A stretch of DNA of 64,000 bases from Eledone cirrhosa (lineage: Eukaryota): contig CAXHJY010000279.1 in NCBI GenBank assembly GCA_964016885.1, positions 125,510-189,509 of the forward strand, read 5' to 3'. How positions within the stretch are numbered: position 1 is the first letter of the stretch; the number at the start of each line of letters is the position of its first letter. Of the stretch, positions 1-12,000 are shown piece after piece. The notes below the pieces were generated by a model that was not told the DNA's origin, did not search any database, and saw only the letters and a program-made list of their open reading frames with translations. Both the position numbers and the translations under genes were made by a program.

Positions 1-3000
1 GAAGGAGTGGTTGTGTGAATGAAGGAGTGGTTGTGTGAACGAAGGAGTGATTGTGTGAATGAAGGAATGGTTGTGTGAATGAAGGAGTGGTTGTGTGAAT
101 GAAGGAGTGGTTGTGTGAAGGAAGGAGTGGTTGTGTGAATGAAGGAGTGGTTGTGTGAACGAAGGATTGGTTGTGTGAATGAAGGAGTGGTTGTGTGAAT
201 GAAGTTGTGTGAATGAAGGAGTGGTTATGTGGATGGAGTGGTTGTGTGAATGAAGGAGTGCTTGCGTGAATGAAGGAGTGGTTGTGTGAACGAAGGAGTG
301 GTTGTGTGAATGAAGGAGTGGTTGTGTGAATGAAGGAGTGGTTGTGCGAATGAAGGAATGGTTGTGTGAATGAAGGAGTGGTTGTGTGAATGAAGGAGTG
401 GTTGTGTGAATGAAGGAGTGGTTGCGTGAACGAAGGAATGGTTGTGTGAATGAAGGAGTGGTTGTGTGAATGAAGGAATGGTTGTGTGAATGAAAGAGTG
501 GTTGTGTGAATGAAAGAGTCGTGTGTGAATGAAGGAGTGGTTGTGTGAATGAAGGAATGGTTGTGTGAACGAAGGAGTCGTTGTGTGAACGAAAGAATGG
601 TTGTGTGAATGAAGGAATGGATGTGTGAATGAAGGAGTGGTTGTGTGAATGAAGGAATGGTTGTGTGAACGAAGGAGTGGTTGTGTGAATGAAAGAGTGT
701 TTGTGTGAATGAAGGAGTGGTTGTGTGAATGAAGGAGTGGTTGTGTGAATGAAGGAATGGTTGTGTGAATGATAGAGTGGTTGTGTGAAGGAAGGAGTGG
801 TTGTGTGAATGAAGGAATGGTTGTGTGAATGAAGGAGTGGTTGTGTGAATGAAGGAGTGGTTGTGTGAATGAAGGAGTGGTTGTGAGAACGAAAAAGTGG
901 TTGTGTGAACGAAGGAATGTTTGTGAGAACGAAGGAATGGTTGTGAGAACGAAGGAGTGGTTGTGTGAATGAAGGAGAGGTTTTGTGAATGAAGGAGTGG
1001 TTGTATGAATGAAGGAGTGGTTGTATGAATGAAGGAGTGGTTGTCTGAATGAAGGAATGGTTGTGTGAAGGGGGTGGTTGTGTGAATGAAGGAGTGGTTG
1101 TGTGAATGAAAGAGTCGTGTGTGAATGAAGGAGTGGTTGTGTGAATGAAGGATTGATTGTGTGAACGAAGGAATGGTTGTGTGAATGAAAGAGTGGTTGT
1201 GTGAATGAAAGAGTCGTGTGTGAATGAAGGAGTGGTTGTGTGAATGAAGGAATGGTTGTGTGAATGAAGGAATGGTTGTGTGAATGAAGGAATGGTTGTG
1301 TGAATGAAAGAGTGGTTGTGTGAATGAAGGAGTGGTTGTGTGAATAAAGGAGTGGTTGTGTGAATGAAGGAATGGTTGTGTGAATGAAGGAATGGTTGTG
1401 TGAATGAAAGAATGGTTGTGTGAATGAAGGAATGGTTGTGTGAATGAAGGAATGGTTGTGTGAATGAAGGAGTGGTTGTGTGAATGAAGGAGTGGTTGTG
1501 TGAATGAAGGAGTGGTTGTGTGAATGAAGGAGCGGTTGTGTGAACGAAGGAGTGGTTGCGTGAACGAAGGAGTGGTTGTGTGAATGAAGGAGTGGTTGTG
1601 TGAATGAAGGAATGGTTGTGTGAATGAAAGAGTCGTGTGAATGAAGGAGTGGTTGTGTGAATGAAGGAATGGTTGTGTGAACGAAGGAGTGGTTGTGTGA
1701 ACGAAGGAGTGGTTGTGTGAATGAAGGAGTGGTTGTGTGAATGAAGGAGTGGTTGTGTGAATGAAGGAGTGGTTGTGTGAATGAAGGAGTGGTTATGTGA
1801 ATGAAGGAGTGGTTGTGTGAATGAAGGAGTGGTTGTGTGAACGAACGAGTGGTTGTGTGAATGAAGGAATGGTTGTGTGAATGAAGGAGTGGTTGTGTGA
1901 ATGAAGGAGTTGTTGTGTGAATGAAGGAGTTGTTGTGTGAATGAAAGAGTTGTTGTGTGAATGAAGGAGTGGTTGTGTGAAGGAAGGAGTGGTTGTGTGA
2001 ATGAAGGAGTGGTTGTGTAAATGAAGGAGTTGTGTGAATGAAGGAGTGGTTGTGTGAATGAAGGAGTGGTTGTGTGAATGAAGGAGTGGTTGCGTGAACG
2101 AAGGAATGGTTGTGTGAATGAAGGAGTTGTTGTGTGAATGAAGGAATGGTTGTGTGAATGAAAGTGTGGTTGTGTGAATGAAAGAGTCGTGTGTGAATGA
2201 TGAAGGAGTGGTTATGTGAATGAAGGAGTGGTTGTGTGAACGAAAGAATGGTTGTGTGAATGAAGGAATGGATGTGTGAATGAAGGAGTGGTTGTGTGAA
2301 TGAAGGAGTGGTTGTGTGAATGAAGGAGCGGTTGTGTGAACGAAGGAGTGGTTGCGTGAACGAAGGAGTGGTTGTGTGAATGAAGGAGTGGTTGTGTGAA
2401 TGAAGGAATGGTTGTGTGAATGAAAGAGTCGTGTGAATGAAGGAGTGGTTGTGTGAATGAAGGAATGGTTGTGTGAACGAAGGAGTGGTTGTGTGAACGA
2501 AGGAGTGGTTGTGTGAATGAAGGAGTTTTTGTGTGAATGAAGGAGTGGTTGTGTGAATGAAGGAGTTGTTGTGTGAATGAAGGAGTGGTTGTGTGAAGGA
2601 AGGAGTGGTTGTGTGAATGAAGGAGTGGTTGTGTGAATGAAGGAATGGTTGTGTGAATGAAGGAGTTGTGTGAATGAAGGAGTGGTTGTGTGAATGAAGG
2701 AGTGGTTGTGTGAATGAAGGAGTGGTTGCGTGAACGAAGGAATGGTTGTGTGAATGAAGGAGTTGTTGTGTGAATGAAGGAATGGTTGTGTGAATGAAAG
2801 TGTGGTTGTGTGAATGAAAGAGTCGTGTGTGAATGATGGAGTGGTTGTGTGAATGAAGGAGTGGTTGTGTGAACGAAAGAATGGTTGTGTGAATGAAGGA
2901 ATGGTTGTGTGAATGAAGGAGTGGTTGTGTGAATGAAGGAATGGTTGTGTGAACGAAGGAATGGTTGTATGAATGAAGGAGTGGTTGTGTGAATGAAGGA

Positions 3001-6000
3001 ATGGTTGTGTAAATGAAAGAGTGGTTGTGTGAATGAAGGAGTGGTTGTGAGAACGAAGAAGTGGTTGTGTGAACGAAGGTATGGTTGTGAGAACGAAGGA
3101 ATGGTTGTGAGAACGAAGGAGTGGTTGTGTGAATGAAGGAGAGGTTGTGTGAATGAAGGAGTGGTTGTATGAATGAAGGAGTGGTTGTGTGAATGAAGGA
3201 ATGATTGTGTGAAGGGTGTGGTTGTGTAAATGAAAGAGTGGTTGTGTGAATGAAGGAGTGGTTGTGTGAATGAAAGAGTCGTGTGTGAATGAAGGAGTGG
3301 TTGTGTGAATGAAGGAATGGTTGTGTGAATGAAAGAGTGGTTGTGTGAATGAAGGAGTGGTTGTGTGAATGAAAGAGTGGTTGTGTGAATGAAGGAATAG
3401 TTGTGTGAATGAAGGAATGGTTGTGTGAATGAAAGAGTGGCTGTGTGAATGAAGGAATGGTTGTGTGAATGAAGGAGTGGTTGTGTGAATGAAGGAGTGG
3501 TTGTGTGAATGAAGGAATGGTTGTGTGAATGAAGGAATGGTTGTGTGAATGAAGGAGTGGTTGTGTGAATGAAGGAGCGGTTGTGTGAATGAAGGAGCGG
3601 TTGTGTGAACGAAGGAGTGGTTGTGTGAACGAAGGAGTGGTTGTGTGAATGAAGGAGTGGTTGTGTGAACGAAGGAGTGGTTGTGTGAACGAAGGAGTGC
3701 TTGTGTGAATGAAGGAGTGGTTGTGTGAATGAAGGAATGGTTGTGTGAATGAAAGAGTCATGTGTGAATGAAGGAGTGGTTGTGTGAATGAAGGAGTGGT
3801 TGTGTGAACGAAGGAGTGGTTGTGTGAATGAAGGAGTGGTTGTGTGAATGAAGGAGTGGTTGTGTGAATGAAGGAGTGGTTATGTGAATGAAGGAGTGGT
3901 TGTGTGAATGAAGGAGTGGTTGTGTGAACGAAGGAGTGGTTGTGTGAATGAAGGAGTGGTTGTGTGAAGGAAGGACTGGTTGTGTGAATGAAGGAGTGGT
4001 TGTGTGAATGAAGGAATGGTTGTGTGAATGAAGGAGTTGTGTGAATGAAGGAGTGGTTGTGTGAATGAAGGAGTGGTTGTGTGAATGAAGGAGTGGTTGT
4101 GTGAATGAAGAAGTGTTTGTGTGAATGAAGGAGTGGTTGTGCGAATGAAGGAATGGTTGTGTGAATGAAGGAGTGGTTGTGTGAATGAAGGAGTGGTTGT
4201 GTGAATGAAGGAGTGGTTCTGTGAATGAAGGAGTGGTTATGTGAATGAAGGAGTGGTTGTGTGAATGAAGGAGTGGTTGTGTGAACGAAGGAGTGATTGT
4301 GTGAATGAAGGAATGGTTGTGTGAATGAAGGAGTGGTTGTGTGAATGAAGGAGTTGTTGTGTGAATGAAGGAGTGGTTGTGTGAAGGAAGGAGTGGTTGT
4401 GTGAATGAAGGAGTGGTTGTGTGAACGAAGGATTGGTTGTGTGAATGAAGGAGTGGTTGTGTGAATGAAGTTGTGTGAATGAAGGAGTGGTTATGTGGAT
4501 GGAGTGGTTGTGTGAATGAAGGAGTGCTTGCGTGAATGAAGGAGTGGTTGTGTGAACGAAGGAGTGGTTGTGTGAATGAAGCAGTGGTTGTGTGAATGAA
4601 GGAGTGGTTGTGCGAATGAAGGAATGGTTGTGTGAATGAAGGAGTGGTTGTGTGAATGAAGGAGTGGTTGTGTGAATGAAGGAGTGGTTGCGTGAACGAA
4701 GGAATGGTTGTGTGAATGAAAGAGTGGTTGTGTGAATGAAAGAGTCGTGTGTGAATGAAGGAGTGGTTGTGTGAATGAAGGAATGGTTGTGTGAACGAAG
4801 GAGTGGTTGTGTGAACGAAAGAATGGTTGTGTGAATGAAGGAATGGATGTGTGAATGAAGGAATGGTTGTGTGAATGAAGGAATGGTTGTGTGAACGAAG
4901 GAGTGGTTGTGTGAACGAAGGAGTGGTTGTGTGAATGAAAGAGTGTTTGTGTGAATGAAGGAGTGGTTGTGTGAATGAAGGAGTGGTTGTGTGAATGAAG
5001 GAATGGTTGTGTGAATGAAGGAGTGGTTGTGTGAAGGAAGGAGTGGTTGTGTGAATGAAGGAATGGTTGTGTGAATGAAGGAGTGGTTGTGTGAATGAAG
5101 GAGTGGTTGTGTGAATGAAGGAGTGGTTGTGAGAACGAAAAAGTGGTTGTGTGAACGAAGGAATGTTTGTGAGAACGAAGGAATGGTTGTGAGAACGAAG
5201 GAGAGGTTTTGTGAATGAAGGAGAGGTTTTGTGAATGAAGGAGTGGTTGTATGAATGAAGGAGTGGTTGTCTGAATGAAGGAATGGTTGTGTGAAGGGGG
5301 TGGTTGTGTAAATGAAAGAGTGGTTGTGTGAATGAAGGAGTGGTTGTGTGAATGAAAGAGTCGTGTGTGAATGAAGGAGTGGTTGTGTGAATGAAGGATT
5401 GATTGTGTGAACGAAGGAATGGTTGTGTGAATGAAAGAGTGGTTGTGTGAATGAAAGAGTCGTGTGTGAATGAAGGAGTGGTTGTGTGAATGAAGGAATG
5501 GTTGTGTGAATGAAGGAATGGTTGTGTGAATGAAGGAATGGTTGTGTGAATGAAGGAGTGGTTATGTGAATGAAGGAGTGGTTGTGTGAATGAAGGAGTG
5601 GTTGTGTGAATAAAGGAGTGGTTGTGTGAATAAAGGAGTGGTTGTGTGAATGAAGGAATGGTTGTGTGAATGAAGGAATGGTTGTGTGAATGAAAGAATG
5701 GTTGTGTGAATGAAGGAATGGTTGTGTGAATGAAGGAATGGTTGTGTGAATGAAGGAGTGGTTGTGTGAATGAAGGAGTGGTTGTGTGAATGAAGGAGTG
5801 GTTGTGTGAATGAAGGAGCGGTTGTGTGAACGAAGGAGTGGTTGCGTGAACGAAGGAGTGGTTGTGTGAATGAAGAAGTGGTTGTGTGAATGAAGGAATG
5901 GTTGTGTGAATGAAAGAGTCGTGTGAATGAAGGAGTGGTTGTGTGAATGAAGGAATGGTTGTGTGAACGAAGGAGTGGTTGTGTGAACGAAGGAGTGGTT

Positions 6001-9000
6001 GTGTGAATGAAGGAGTGGTTGTGTGAATGAAGGAGTGGTTGTGTGAATGAAGGAGTGGTTATGTGAATGAAGGAGTGGTTGTGTGAATGAAGGAGTGGTT
6101 GTGTGAACGAACGAGTGGTTGTGTGAATGAAGGAATGGTTGTGTGAATGAAGGAGTGGTTGTGTGAATGAAGGAGTTGTTGTGTGAATGAAGGAGTTGTT
6201 GTGTGAATGAAGGAGTTGTTGTGTGAATGAAGGAGTGGTTGTGTGAAGGAAGGAGTGGTTGTGTGAATGAAGGAGTGGTTGTGTGAATGAAGGAGTTGTG
6301 TGAATGAAGGAGTGGTTGTGTGAATGAAGGAGTGGTTGTGTGAATGAAGGAGTGGTTGCGTGAACGAAGGAATGGTTGTGTGAATGAAGGAGTTGTTGTG
6401 TGAATGAAGGAATGGTTGTGTGAATGAAAGTGTGGTTGTGTGAATGAAAGAGTCGTGTGTGAATGATGAAGGAGTGCTTATGTGAATGAAGGAGTGGTTG
6501 TGTGAACGAAAGAATGGTTGTGTGAATGAAGGAGTGGTTGTGTGAATGAAGGAGTGGTTGTGTGAATGAAGGAGCGGTTGTGTGAACGAAGGAGTGGTTG
6601 CGTGAACGAAGGAGTGGTTGTGTGAATGAAGGAGTGGTTGTGTGAATGAAGGAATGGTTGTGTGAATGAAAGAGTCGTGTGAATGAAGGAGTGGTTGTGT
6701 GAATGAAGGAATGGTTGTGTGAACGAAGGAGTGGTTGTGTGAACGAAGGAGTGGTTGTGTGAATGAAGGAGTTTTTGTGTGAATGAAGGAGTGGTTGTGT
6801 GAATGAAGGAGTTGTTGTGTGAATGAAGGAGTGGTTGTGTGAAGGAAGGAGTGGTTGTGTGAATGAAGGAGTGGTTGTGTGAATGAAGGAATGGTTGTGT
6901 GAATGAAGGAGTTGTGTGAATGAAGGAGTGGTTGTGTGAATGAAGGAGTGGTTGTGTGAATGAAGGAGTGGTTGCGTGAACGAAGGAATGGTTGTGTGAA
7001 TGAAGGAGTTGTTGTGTGAATGAAGGAATGGTTGTGTGAATGAAAGTGTGGTTGTGTGAATGAAAGAGTCGTGTGTGAATGATGGAGTGGTTGTGTGAAT
7101 GAAGGAGTGGTTGTGTGAACGAAAGAATGGTTGTGTGAATGAAGGAATGGTTGTGTGAATGAAGGAGTGGTTGTGTGAATGAAGGAATGGTTGTGTGAAC
7201 GAAGGAATGGTTGTATGAATGAAGGAGTGGTTGTGTGAATGAAGGAATGGTTGTGTGAAGGGTGTGGTTGTGTAAATGAAAGAGTGGTTGTGTGAATGAA
7301 GGAGTGGTTGTGAGAACGAAGAAGTGGTTGTGTGAACGAAGGTATGGTTGTGAGAACGAAGGAATGGTTGTGAGAACGAAGGAGTGGTTGTGTGAATGAA
7401 GGAGAGGTTGTGTGAATGAAGGAGTGGTTGTATGAATGAAGGAGTGGTTGTGTGAATGAAGGAATGATTGTGTAAAGGGTGTGGTTGTGTAAATGAAAGA
7501 GTGGTTGTGTGAATGAAGGAGTGGTTGTGTGAATGAAAGAGTCGTGTGTGAATGAAGGAGTGGTTGTGTGAATGAAGGAATGGTTGTGTGAATGAAAGAG
7601 TGGTTGTGTGAATGAAGGAGTGGTTGTGTGAATGAAAGAGTGGTTGTGTGAATGAAGGAATAGTTGTGTGAATGAAGGAATGTTTGTGTGAATGAAAGAG
7701 TGGTTGTGTGAATGAAGGAATGGTTGTGTGAATGAAAGAGTGGTTGTGTGAATGAAGGAGTGGTTGTGTGAATGAAGGAGTGGTTGTGTGAATGAAGGAA
7801 TGGTTGTGTGAATGAAGGAATGGTTGTGTGAATGAAGGAGTGGTTGTGTGAATGAAGGAGTGGTTGTGTGAATGAAGGAGCGGTTGTGTGAATGAAGGAG
7901 CGGTTGTGTGAACGAAGGAGTGGTTGTGTGAACGAAGGAGTGGTTGTGTGAATGAAGGAGTGGTTGTGTGAATGAAGGAGTGGTTGTGTGAATGAAGGAG
8001 TGGTTGTGTGAATGAAGGAGCGGTTGTGTGAATGAAGGAGCGGTTGTGTGAACGAAGGAGTGGTTGTGTGAACGAAGGAGTGGTTGTGTGAATGAAGGAG
8101 TGGTTGTGTGAATGAAAGAATGGTTGTGTGAATGAAAGAGTCATGTGTGAATGAAGGAGTGGTTGTGTGAATGAAGGAATGGTTGTGTGAACGAAGGAGT
8201 GGTTGTGTGAATGAAGGAGTGGTTGTGTGAATGAAGGAGTGGTTGTGTGAATGAAGGAGTGGTTATGTGAATGAAGGAGTGGTTGTGTGAATGAAGGAGT
8301 GGTTGTGTGAACGAAGGAGTGGTTGTGTGAATGAAGGAGTGGTTGTGTGAAGGAAGGACTGGTTGTGTGAATGAAGGAGTGGTTGTGTGAATGAAGGAAT
8401 GGTTGTGTGAATGAAGGAGTTGTGTGAATGAAGGAGTGGTTGTGTGAATGAAGGAGTGGTTGTGTGAATGAAGGAGTGGTTGTGTGAATGAAGAAGTGTT
8501 TGTGTGAATGAAGGAGTGGTTGTGCGAATGAAGGAATGGTTTTGTGAATGGAGTGGTTGTGTGAATGAAGGAGTGGTTGTGTGAATGAAGGAGTGGTTCT
8601 GTGAATGAAGGAGTGGTTGCGTGAACGAAGGAATGGTTGTGTGAATGAAGGAGTGGTTGTGTAAATGAAGGAATGGTTGTGTGAATGAAAGAGTGGTTGT
8701 GTGAATGAAAGAGTCGTGTGTGAATGAAGGAGTGGTTGTGTGAATGAAGGAATGGTTGTGTGAATGAAGGAATGGTTGTGTGAACGAAAGAATGGTTGTG
8801 TGAATGAAGGAGTGGTTGTGTGAATGAAGGAATGGTTGTGTGAATGAAGCAGTGTTTGTGTGAAGGAAGGAGTGGTTGTGTGAATGAAGGAGTGGTTGTG
8901 TGAATGGTGGAATGGTTGTGTGAATGAAGGAGTGGTTGTGTGAATGAAGGAGTGGTTGTGTGAATGAAGGAATGGTTGTGTGAATGAAGGAATGGTTGTG

Positions 9001-12000
9001 TGAATGAAGGAATGGTTGTGTGAATGAAAGAGTGGTTGTGTGAATGAAGGAGTGGTTGTGTGAATAAAGGAGTGGTTGTGTGAATGAAGGAATGGTTGTG
9101 TAAATAAAGGAATGGTTGTGTGAATAAAGGAATGGTTGTGTGAATGAAGGAATGGTTGTGTGAATGAAAGAGTGGTTGTGTGAATGAAGGAGTGGTTGTG
9201 TGAATAAAGGAGTGGTTGTGTGAATGAAGGAATGGTTGTGTGAATGAAGGAATGGTTGTGTGAATGAAAGAGTGGTTGTGTGAATGAAGGAATGGTTGTG
9301 TGAATGAAGGAATGGTTGTGTGAATGAAGGAATGGTTGTGTGAATGAAGGAATGGTTGTGTGAATGAAGGAGTGGTTGCGTGAACGAAGGAGTGGTTGTG
9401 TGAATGAAGGAGTGGTTGTGTGAATGAAGGAATGGTTGTGTGAATGAAAGAGTCGTGTGAATGAAGGAGTGGTTGTGTGAATGAAGAAATGGTTGTGTGA
9501 ACGAAGGAGTGGTTGTGTGAACGAAGGAGTGGTTGTGTGAATGAAGGAGTGGTTGTGTGAATGAAGGAGTGGTTGTCTGAATGAAGGAGTGGTTATGTGA
9601 ATGAAGGAGTGGTTGTGTGAATGAAGGAGTGGTTGTGTGAATGAAGGAGTGGTTGTGTGAACGAACGAATGGTTGTGTGAATGAAGGAATGGTTGTGTGA
9701 ATGAAGGAGTGGTTGTGTGAATGAAGGAGTCGTTGTGTGAATGAAGGAGTTGTTGTGTGAATGAAGTTGTTGTGTGAATGAAGGAGTTGTTGTTTGAAGG
9801 AAGGAGTGGTTGTGTGAAGGAAGGAGTGTTTGTGTGAATGAAGGAGTGGTTGTGTGAATGAAGGAATGGTTGTGTGAATGAAGGAGTGGTTGTCTGAATG
9901 AAGGAGTGGTTATGTGAATGAAGGAGTGGTTGTGTGAATGAAGGCGTGGTTGTGTGAATGAATGAGTGGTTGTGTGAATGAAGGAGTGGTTGTGTGAATG
10001 AAGGAGTGGTTGCGTGAACGAAGGAATGGTTGTGTGAATGAAGGAGTTGTTGTGTGAATGAAGGAATGGTTGTGTGAATGAAAGTGTGGTTGTGTGAATG
10101 AAAGAGTCGTGTGTGAATGATGGAGTGGTTGTGTGAATGAAGGAATGGTTGTGTGGACGAAGGAGTGGTTGTGTGAATGAAGGAATGGATGTGTGAATGA
10201 AGGAGTGGTTGTATGAATGAAGGAGTGGCTGTGTGAATGAAGGAATGGTTGTGTGAACGAAGGAATGGTTGTATGAATGAAGGAGTGGTTGTGTGAATGA
10301 AGGAATGGTTGTGTGAAGGGTGTGGTTGTGTAAATGAAAGAGTGGTTGTGTGAATGAAGGAGTGGTTGTGAGAACGAAGAAGTGGTTGTGTGAACGAAGG
10401 AATGGTTGTGAGAACGAAGGAATGGTTGTGAGAACGAAGGAGTGGTTGTGTGAATGAAGGAGAGGTTGTGTGAATGATGGAGTGGTTGTATGAATGAAGG
10501 AGTGGTTGTGTGAATGAAGGAATGGTTGTGTGAAGGGTGTGGTTGTGTAAATGAAAGAGTGGTTGTGTGAATGTAGGAGTGGTTGTGTGAATGAAAGAGT
10601 CGTGTGTGAATGAAGGAGTGGTTGTGTGAATGAAGGAATGGTTGTGTGAATGAAAGAGTGGTTGTGTGAATGAAGGGGTGGTTGTGTGAATGAAAGAGTG
10701 GTTGTGTGAATGAAGGAGTGGTTGTGTGAATGAAGGAATGGTTGTGTGAATGAAAGATTGGTTGTGTGAATGAAGGAGTGGTTGTGTGAATGAAGGAGTG
10801 GTTGTGTGAATGAAGGAATGGTTGTGTGAATGAAGGAATGGTTGTGTGAATGAAAGAGTGGTTGTGTGAATGAAGGAATGGTTGTGTGAATGAAAGAATG
10901 GTTGTGTGAATGAAGGAGTGGTTGTGTGAATGAAGGAGTGGTTGTGTGAATGAAGGAGCGGTTGTGTGAATGAAGGAGCGGTTGTGTGAACGAAGGAGTG
11001 GTTGTGTGAACGAAGGAATGGTTGTGTGAACGAAAGAGTGGTTGTGTGAATGAAGGAGTGGTTGTGTGAACGAAGGAGTGGTTGTGTGAATGAAGGAGTT
11101 GTTGTGTGAATGAAGGAGTGGTTGTGTGAATGAATGAGTGGTTGTGTGAATGAACGAGTGGTTGTGTGAATGAAGGAGTGGTTGTGTGAATGAAGGAATG
11201 GTTGTGTGAACGAAGGAATGGTTGTGAGAATGAAGGAGTGGTTGTATGAATGAAAGAGTGGTTGTGTGAATGAAGGAGTGGTTGTGTGAATGAAGGAGTG
11301 GCTGTGTGAATGAAAGAATGGTTGTGTGAATGAAGGAGTGGTTGTGTGAATGAAGGAATGGTTGTGTGAATGAAGCAGTGTTTGTGTGAAGGAAGGAGTG
11401 GTTGTGTGAATGAAGGAGTGGTTGTGTGAATGGTGGAATGGTTGTGTAAATGAAAGAGTGGTTGTGTGAATGAAGGAGTGGTTGTGTGAATGAAGGAGGT
11501 GTTGTGTGAATGAAAGAGTGGTTGTGTGAATGAAGGAGTGGTTGTGAGAATGAAGGAGTGGTTGTGAGAACGAAGGAGTGGTTGTGAGAACGGAGTGGTT
11601 GTGTGAACGAAGGAGTGGTTGTGTGAATGAAGGAGTGATTGTGTGAATGAAGAAGTGGTTGTGTGAATGAAGGAGTGGTTGTGTGAATGAAGGAGTGGTT
11701 GTGTGAAGGAAGGAGTGGTTGTGTGAACGAAGGAATGGTTGTGTGAATGAAAGAGTGGTTGTGTGAATGAAAGAGTGGTTGTGTGAATGAAGGAGTGGTT
11801 GTGTGAATGAAAGAGTGGTTGTGTGAATAAAAGAGTGGTTGTGTGAATGAAAGAGTGGTTGTGTGAATGAAGGAGTGGTTGTGTGAATGAAGGAGTGGTT
11901 GTGTGAATGAAGGAATGGTTGTGTGAATGAAGGAGTGGTTGTGTGAATGAAAGTGTGGTTGTGTGAATGAAGGAGTAGTTGTGTGAATGAAGGAATGGTT

